Position numbers and translations under genes: made by a program
Notes under the pieces: generated by a model
The model's database searches: none
What the model was told of the DNA's origin: nothing
The model's input: the letters and a program-made list of their open reading frames with translations, nothing else
Source: Polyangiales bacterium
Lineage (GTDB): Bacteria; Myxococcota_A; Polyangia; Polyangiales; JADJQN01
Assembly (NCBI GenBank): GCA_964202905.1
Contig: CAXNJO010000010.1
Span: forward strand, 20,228 to 84,227
Length of the DNA: 64,000 nt
Reading direction: 5' to 3'
In this document: positions 56,831 through 64,000 of the stretch, piece after piece
Layout: each line of letters begins with the position of its first letter
Numbering within the stretch: the first letter of the stretch is position 1

Positions 56831-57301
56831 CTACGGCGCGTGCGCACGCCCGCCGAAGCGCAGCGCGAGGCTGCGCTGGCCGTCCTGACAGGCCGGGAAG
56901 AGCGCGCGCGAGCGGGCGATCGCCTGATCCGAACGGGCGATGGCGCCCGCGATGCGCTCCGCGGCGTCCGGGGCGAGCTGCGCGCCGCTCGCCGTCGCCC
57001 GCTCGAGCGCGGCGCGGGCCCCCTCCTGCTCCTGCTCGGCCGTGAGCAGCGCGTCGTGCGCGCGGACGCAGGCGTCGCGGACACGCACGACCTCCGGCGC
57101 CGCGAGCCCCAGCCGCCCGACGGAGTCGAGCGCGCGCCGCCGCAGCGCGACGGGGCCGTCGTCCTCGACCCGCGCGAGCCGATCGAGCAGCAGCTGCGCC
57201 TCGTTGCGCTCGGCGTCCTCGCAGCCCGCGCCGAGCACCGCCGCGAGACCGAGCGCGACGGCGAGCAGGCGGAGCGGGAGCGCGGGCGGGCGGGCGGGCA
57301 T
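56831..57301 (-). CDS. Helical lipoprotein (function unknown)
   Basis: 156 aa with the lipobox LGLAAVLGAGC. The body is an Ala/Arg-rich helix with 3 additional Cys. Confidence 0.5.
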   Translation of the reverse strand: MPARPPALPLRLLAVALGLAAVLGAGCEDAERNEAQLLLDRLARVEDDGPVALRRRALDSVGRLGLAAPEVVRVRDACVRAHDALLTAEQEQEGARAALERATASGAQLAPDAAERIAGAIARSDQAIARSRALFPACQDGQRSLALRFGGRAHAP

Positions 57302-57318
57302 GGGGCGCGCAGATTACC

Positions 57319-58539
57319 GTGCCGCGCGTGCTACGCCAGAACCCGATGCGAGCGCCCGCTTCCCAGGAGCTGCACCGCGTGTACCTCGTGCCCGGGATGT
57401 TCGGCTTCGGGCGACTCGCAGGCTACGAGTACTTCGGCCACCTCGAGGTCGCGCTCGCCGCGCGCTTCGCGGAGCTCGGCGTGCCCCTCTCGCTCGAGGT
57501 GATCCAGCCGCCGCCGACCGCCTCCATCCGGCGGCGCGCGGACGTCGTCGCCGAGGCGATCGCGCGGAGCGCGGGCGGCACGGAGGGCGGCCCGATCCAC
57601 CTGATCGGTCACTCCACGGGCGGGCTCGACGCGCGGCTCGTGCTCTCCCCCTCCGTGCGGCTCGACGTCCCGGCCGATGCGCTCCTCTGGCGGACCCGCG
57701 CCCGCACCGTGCTCACGATCGACACGCCCCACCACGGCACGCCGCTCGCGGCGTTCTTCACGACGGTGTCGGGGACGCGGCTGCTCACGCTGCTCTCGCT
57801 GCTCACGGTCACGACGCTCGGCGTGGGCGCGCCGGGGCTCTCCGCGCTCTCGTCGCTCGTCGCGGCCATCGGCTCGGTGGACGAAGCGCTCGGCATCGAC
57901 ATCCGCCTCCTCGACCGCGCGACGGATCTCGTGCTCCGCTTCATCGGCGACCGCGGCCGCGACGAGGTCGCACGCTGGCTCGACGGAATCCGCCACGACC
58001 AGGGCGGCCTCGTGCAGATCACCCCCGAGGCGATGGACCTCTTCAACGCGGTCGCCGCCGATGCGCCGGGCGTCTTCTACGGCTGCACCGCCGCGGCCTC
58101 GCCGCCGCCCGCGCCGGGCCGGCTCGTGCGGCAGGCGCGCTCGCCGTTCGGCGCGTTCACCGCGACCGCGTACGCCACGATCTACGGCGTCACGAGCCGC
58201 GTCGTCCCGCGCTACGCATACCCGCCCCCGAGCGAGGCCGCAGCCGCGGTGTTGCGCGCGGCGTTCGGCACGGACATCGACGACACGTGGTGCGACGGCG
58301 TCGTGCCGACACGCTCGATGCTCTGGGGCGAGCTGCTCTGGGCCGGCAAGGGCGACCACCTCGACGTCGTCGGACACTTCCGCGACGACGAGACCCCGCC
58401 ACGTCACGTCGACTGGCTCACGAGCGGCGCGAGCTTCGGGCGCTACCGCTTCCGCGGGCTCGTCGACGCGCTGACGGACGCGCTGCTCGGCGACGTCGCG
58501 CCCGCGCGGACGAGCGCCGGCGCGCAGCCGGCGGCCTGA
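57319..58539 (+). CDS. Alpha/beta hydrolase, lipase-like
   Basis: 406 aa. Matches are VYLVPGMFGF and the nucleophile elbow IGHSTGG. ATG 57346 is an alternative start. Confidence 0.6.
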   Translation: MPRVLRQNPMRAPASQELHRVYLVPGMFGFGRLAGYEYFGHLEVALAARFAELGVPLSLEVIQPPPTASIRRRADVVAEAIARSAGGTEGGPIHLIGHSTGGLDARLVLSPSVRLDVPADALLWRTRARTVLTIDTPHHGTPLAAFFTTVSGTRLLTLLSLLTVTTLGVGAPGLSALSSLVAAIGSVDEALGIDIRLLDRATDLVLRFIGDRGRDEVARWLDGIRHDQGGLVQITPEAMDLFNAVAADAPGVFYGCTAAASPPPAPGRLVRQARSPFGAFTATAYATIYGVTSRVVPRYAYPPPSEAAAAVLRAAFGTDIDDTWCDGVVPTRSMLWGELLWAGKGDHLDVVGHFRDDETPPRHVDWLTSGASFGRYRFRGLVDALTDALLGDVAPARTSAGAQPAA

Positions 58540-58551
58540 GGCGCGCCGACG

Positions 58552-60524
<1,973 letters not shown>

Positions 60525-60604
60525 GGCGCGCGACGCGCATCCGGGCGTGACGCGGAAGGGGCGCGTTCGCTGCGGCGCCCACCGCGCGGACGGCGGACGC
60601 TCGC

Positions 60605-61306
60605 TCAGCGCGCCGCGACGGCGAAGCGCGGCTCCTGCATACGGGCGCGGAGCCGACCGAGCGTGCGCCGCGCCGCGGCCACGTTCTGGCCGGTCATCAC
60701 GCTCGACGGGAACGGCAGATCCGGCTCGACGAGGAACTCGAACGAGACGAGCGTGCGCGCGCCACCGTCGACGGCCGTGAGCTCCCAGAGCGCGGCCATC
60801 CGCTCGACGTTCCCCGTCACCATCGTGGCCTCGACGCGCCAGGTGGTCGTGCCGTCCGCGTTCGTCACCGGCGCGCGCGGACGCAGGCGCATCTGCGCCC
60901 AGAGCGTGGTCGTGTTGTGCAGCACGCCCGCCTCGAGGTAGACGACCGCTTGCGCGCCGCGCTGCGACAGCACGCGGGATGCCTGGAAATTGGGCAGGAA
61001 CTCCGCGTACCGCGCGTAGTCCTGCACGACGCGCAACACGAGCTCGGCGGGCGCGTCGACGAGCCCCGTCGCGCGGCCGGAGCGCACGCGCGTCCCCGGG
61101 GCCGATACCTCGCGCAGCTCGACGCGGTGGTCGGCGAGCCGCGCGGCGGTCGCGCTCGGGAGCTCGGCGGGCGCGGCCTGCGCAGCCACGACGGCCGGCA
61201 GCACGTGCACGAGCCCGGCGAGCGCGAGCCCGGCGAGGGCGACGCGCAGCGAACGGGCGAATCGCGGAACGGAGACGGCGGGGGGAGCGGACCGCGGGCG
61301 GGTCAT
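60605..61306 (-). CDS. Secreted SRPBCC-superfamily protein
   Basis: ORF 60605..61375 was trimmed to ATG 61306-61304, with a signal peptide. Matches are VLRVVQDYARYAEFLPNF and WELTAVDGGARTLVSFEFLVEP. Confidence 0.55.
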   Translation of the reverse strand: MTRPRSAPPAVSVPRFARSLRVALAGLALAGLVHVLPAVVAAQAAPAELPSATAARLADHRVELREVSAPGTRVRSGRATGLVDAPAELVLRVVQDYARYAEFLPNFQASRVLSQRGAQAVVYLEAGVLHNTTTLWAQMRLRPRAPVTNADGTTTWRVEATMVTGNVERMAALWELTAVDGGARTLVSFEFLVEPDLPFPSSVMTGQNVAAARRTLGRLRARMQEPRFAVAAR

Positions 61307-61480
61307 GCGCACCTCGGGGGGAAGGTCGACGCGTCGGGACACACTGTGGCCCGGCGCACCGATCGACGCACGCACGCACCCGGGGATTCACCGGGAGGCT
61401 CGCACCGCACGCACCGCGCGGGCACGCGCCCGCAAGTTGACACCCCGACCCCGCGGGGTGAGGGTCCGCGCGAGGTCCCC

Positions 61481-62752
61481 GTGAAGCCCCGTCCGTTTCT
61501 CGTCGTCGTCACCGCCTCCGCCCTCGCGGGGCTCTTCTTCTCGGCGTTTTCCACCTACGACTTCGCGCAGCACCTCGACCGGCAGGTCCACGGGCTGCAC
61601 TGCTCGTTCATCCCCGGCCTCGCCTCGACCGAGGCCGCCGGCACGGGCTGTCACGTCACGCTGATGAGCCCGTACTCGTCGGTGCTCCGCACGCAGCTCT
61701 GGGGCGGTCTGCCGATCTCGCTCCCGGCGATGGGCGTCTTCGCCTTCCTCGCGTTCTGGGCGGGCTACCTGCTGATCACGCGACGCGAGACGGATCGCCG
61801 CGCGACGCTCTTCCTCTTCGCCGCGAACACGCTGCCGCTCCTCGCGACGCTCGTGATGGGCGGCATCGCGCTCTTCACGCTCGGCGCGGCGTGCAAGCTC
61901 TGCATCGGCATCTACGTCGCGAGCGTCGTCGGGTTCGTGGCGGCGCTCGTCGCGTGGCGCCGGGCGAGCCGCGGCCCGGCGCTCGGCGCGCGTGTGCCCG
62001 ACGCGACGGGCGCGGCGGACACCCTCCCCGCGGGCGCCTACGACCCGGCCCGCGATCGCGGCGCCGACCCGCTCTCCCCGGGGGCGCTCAGCGCGGCCGC
62101 GGGACTCGGCATCGCCTTCGTGCTCGTGCCTGCCGGCGTGTATGCGTCGACGCTCCCCGACTACGCGCGCTACGCGGGCACCTGCGGCACGCTCGCGCAG
62201 CCCGCGGATCCGGGCGGTCTGATGGTGTCCCTCGGCGCACCGCCGGGCGGCCGCGCGGCGATCGAAGTGCTCGATCCCCTCTGCCCCTCGTGCTCGGCGT
62301 TCGAAGCGCGGCTCTCGGCGTCGGGCCTCGACGAGGCGCTCGCGCGCAAGGTGTTGCTGTTTCCACTCGACAGCACCTGCAACTGGATGGTGGATGAGCC
62401 GGTGCACCCCGGCGCGTGCACCGTCAGCGAGGCGGTGTTGTGCGCAGGCGACGCCGCGCCCGAGGTGCTCGCCTGGGCCTTCGCCGAAGGCGAGCGGATC
62501 CGCGAGGCGGCGAAGCGCGATCCGGAGGCCGCCGCGCGCCTCGTGCGCGAGCGCTTCCCGCGGGTCGCCGCGTGCCTCGGCACGCCCGCGGTGCGCGCGC
62601 GCCTGAACCGCTCGCTGCGCTGGGCCGTCGCGAACCGCCTGCCGGTGCTGACGCCGCAGCTCTACGTCGAGGGCCAGAAGCTCTGCGACGAGGACACCGA
62701 TCTCGGCATGGATTACGCCCTCACCCAGCTTCTCGCCCGGAGCGGACGATGA
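61481..62752 (+). CDS. VKOR (vitamin K epoxide reductase)-family membrane protein fused to a DsbA/thioredoxin-like domain
   Basis: ORF 60917..62752 was trimmed to GTG 61481. A loop Cys pair (HCSFIPG..GTGCH), SPYSS and the TM CxxC (AACKLCIGIY) mark the VKOR part. The C-terminal domain carries CPSC (VLDPLCPSCSAFE). Confidence 0.75.
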   Translation: MKPRPFLVVVTASALAGLFFSAFSTYDFAQHLDRQVHGLHCSFIPGLASTEAAGTGCHVTLMSPYSSVLRTQLWGGLPISLPAMGVFAFLAFWAGYLLITRRETDRRATLFLFAANTLPLLATLVMGGIALFTLGAACKLCIGIYVASVVGFVAALVAWRRASRGPALGARVPDATGAADTLPAGAYDPARDRGADPLSPGALSAAAGLGIAFVLVPAGVYASTLPDYARYAGTCGTLAQPADPGGLMVSLGAPPGGRAAIEVLDPLCPSCSAFEARLSASGLDEALARKVLLFPLDSTCNWMVDEPVHPGACTVSEAVLCAGDAAPEVLAWAFAEGERIREAAKRDPEAAARLVRERFPRVAACLGTPAVRARLNRSLRWAVANRLPVLTPQLYVEGQKLCDEDTDLGMDYALTQLLARSGR

Positions 62753-63471
62753 CCCCCGCGCGCACGATCGCCGCCGCCCTCGTCGGGCTGGTGCTGCTCA
62801 TGACCCCGACCGTGCTCGTCGCCAGCTGGGTGCACTCGGCCAAGCGCCGCCTCGCGCAGGCCGAGACCGCCACGGCCGACGGGTCCGCCGGCGCCGAGGG
62901 CGAAGTCGCCATCGCGGCGGCCGCGGACGTCGGTTACTGCAACGGTGACCTCAAGCGCGTGCTGCGGCGCGTGTTGCAGAGCTGCGGCCTGATCGGCGAC
63001 GGCGGCGGCGTGCGCGGCTGTCAGCCCGTGCAGGCGCGCAGCGTCGCGACGATGAGCGGCGACGACTTCAACGCGCTCTTCACGCCGCTCGCCGAGCGCG
63101 CGGGCATCATCGAGTTCGACTTCGACCGCGCGGAGCTCGACGCCGGCGACATCGCGCTCGTCAACCGCCTCTTCGCCGACCAGCGCGGCGCGAGCTACTT
63201 CTTCGTCGTCGCGCGCGCCTCGCCCGAGGGCAACGACGCGCACAACCGCGACCTCTCGAAGCAGCGCGCCGAGGCCGTGATGAACTACCTCCGCACGACG
63301 TTCCACGACCCGGACCTCGACAAGGAGGTCGGGCTGCTCTGGCTCGGCGAGGAGTACGCGCAGCTCGACGCGCAGTTCTGCGCCTGGCAGCGCAGCGGCA
63401 ACGCGGGCGAGTGCGACGCGCGCACCCTCAACCGCAGCGCGTTCATCGCGTGGATCGATTGTCGGCTGTGA
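62749..63471 (+). CDS. Cys-rich membrane-anchored protein with an OmpA/MotB-like C-terminal domain
   Basis: ATG 62749 overlaps the upstream stop (ATGA). It has an N-terminal TM and an OmpA-like motif (SPEGNDAHNRDLSKQRAEAVMNYL). Seven Cys are present. Confidence 0.6.
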   Translation: MTPARTIAAALVGLVLLMTPTVLVASWVHSAKRRLAQAETATADGSAGAEGEVAIAAAADVGYCNGDLKRVLRRVLQSCGLIGDGGGVRGCQPVQARSVATMSGDDFNALFTPLAERAGIIEFDFDRAELDAGDIALVNRLFADQRGASYFFVVARASPEGNDAHNRDLSKQRAEAVMNYLRTTFHDPDLDKEVGLLWLGEEYAQLDAQFCAWQRSGNAGECDARTLNRSAFIAWIDCRL

Positions 63472-64000
63472 CGGCTCGCGCGGACACCGTGCCCGCCGCA
63501 GGCCGCGGGGCGCGCGCGCGTTGGGGAGCCCTCGCGCTCTGCGCTGCGCTCGCGGGCTGCGGGGACGACGCGACGGGCCCCGCCGCGGCCCCGCTCCGCC
63601 GCGTCGACGCGGTGCGTGCCCGCGGGCCCCGCGGCTCGATCGACGACTTCTGCGACGTGCACGCCGACGCCGCATCGGCGCCCGCCTTCACGTGGCCCGC
63701 GCTCGCCGATGGCGCCTCGCCCCCGGCCCGCGCGCCCGGGCGCTGGCAGTGGTTGAACCTCTGGGCGACGTGGTGCCGCCCCTGCGTGAGCGAGATGCCG
63801 CGCGTGTTCGAGTGGCAGGAGCGGCTCACGCGCGCGGGGACTCCGGTCGACGTGCAGCTGCTCTCGGTCGACGCCTCGGGCGACGAGGTCGCGCAGTACG
63901 CCGGCCTGCACCCCGAGGTGCGCGGCAGCGTGCGCATGGCCGAACCGGGCGCGGTCGCCGACTACCTCGCGGCGCTCGGCCTCGACGGCGGCGCGAGCAT
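63468..64000 (+). CDS. TlpA-like thiol:disulfide oxidoreductase lipoprotein (partial, runs off the right edge)
   Basis: Hand-translated from GTG 63468, which overlaps the upstream stop (GTGA). The lipobox is ALALCAALAGCG and the thioredoxin motif is WLNLWATWCRPCVSEMP. The frame is open to the window end. Confidence 0.7.
   Translation, partial: MTARADTVPAAGRGARARWGALALCAALAGCGDDATGPAAAPLRRVDAVRARGPRGSIDDFCDVHADAASAPAFTWPALADGASPPARAPGRWQWLNLWATWCRPCVSEMPRVFEWQERLTRAGTPVDVQLLSVDASGDEVAQYAGLHPEVRGSVRMAEPGAVADYLAALGLDGGAS

Overview
This is a very GC-rich bacterial chromosome segment, roughly 70% GC by eye. The protein repertoire suggests a myxobacterium (inference): a PEGA protein, an FGE-sulfatase protein, a zinc-ribbon Ser/Thr kinase, a ZnR-GYF-TonB_C protein, many lipoproteins and a sigma-54-type promoter. 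The window is mostly core housekeeping DNA. On the minus strand lies the classic cluster tRNA-Thr/Tyr/Gly/Thr - tuf - rpmG - tRNA-Trp - secE - nusG - rplK - rplA - rplJ - rplL - rpoB - rpoC (18.8 kb down to 4.4 kb). It is preceded by an RpoH-like sigma factor, a CBS protein, an RlmI-like methyltransferase and an SDR. The rest carries plsY, a TetR-etfBA operon, pepA, hisG-murA, lnt, nadK plus a Nudix gene, lgt, era-der, a Ser/Thr kinase neighbourhood, and an envelope thiol-redox operon (VKOR-DsbA fusion, Cys-rich OmpA-like protein, TlpA-like protein) that runs off the right edge. I saw no CRISPR array, transposase, integrase, prophage or recognisable defence system. I cannot point to a clearly novel multi-gene system. 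Four anomalies stand out. (1) Frame breaks cluster densely in essential genes: 13 in rpoC within 1.9 kb, 2 in rpoB, and single breaks in lnt and in the ZnR-GYF gene. These are most simply assembly indels. (2) An MgtA-like P-type ATPase lacks its whole phosphorylation/nucleotide-binding core. (3) An AT-rich palindrome, CTGAAY-N4-ATTCAG, recurs four times in this GC-rich DNA. One copy sits just downstream of a good -35/-10 at the TetR-etfBA operon. (4) Several tightly coupled membrane/envelope gene sets are of unclear function. Many long ORFs in the six-frame track are GC-driven shadow ORFs antisense to real genes and were not called.
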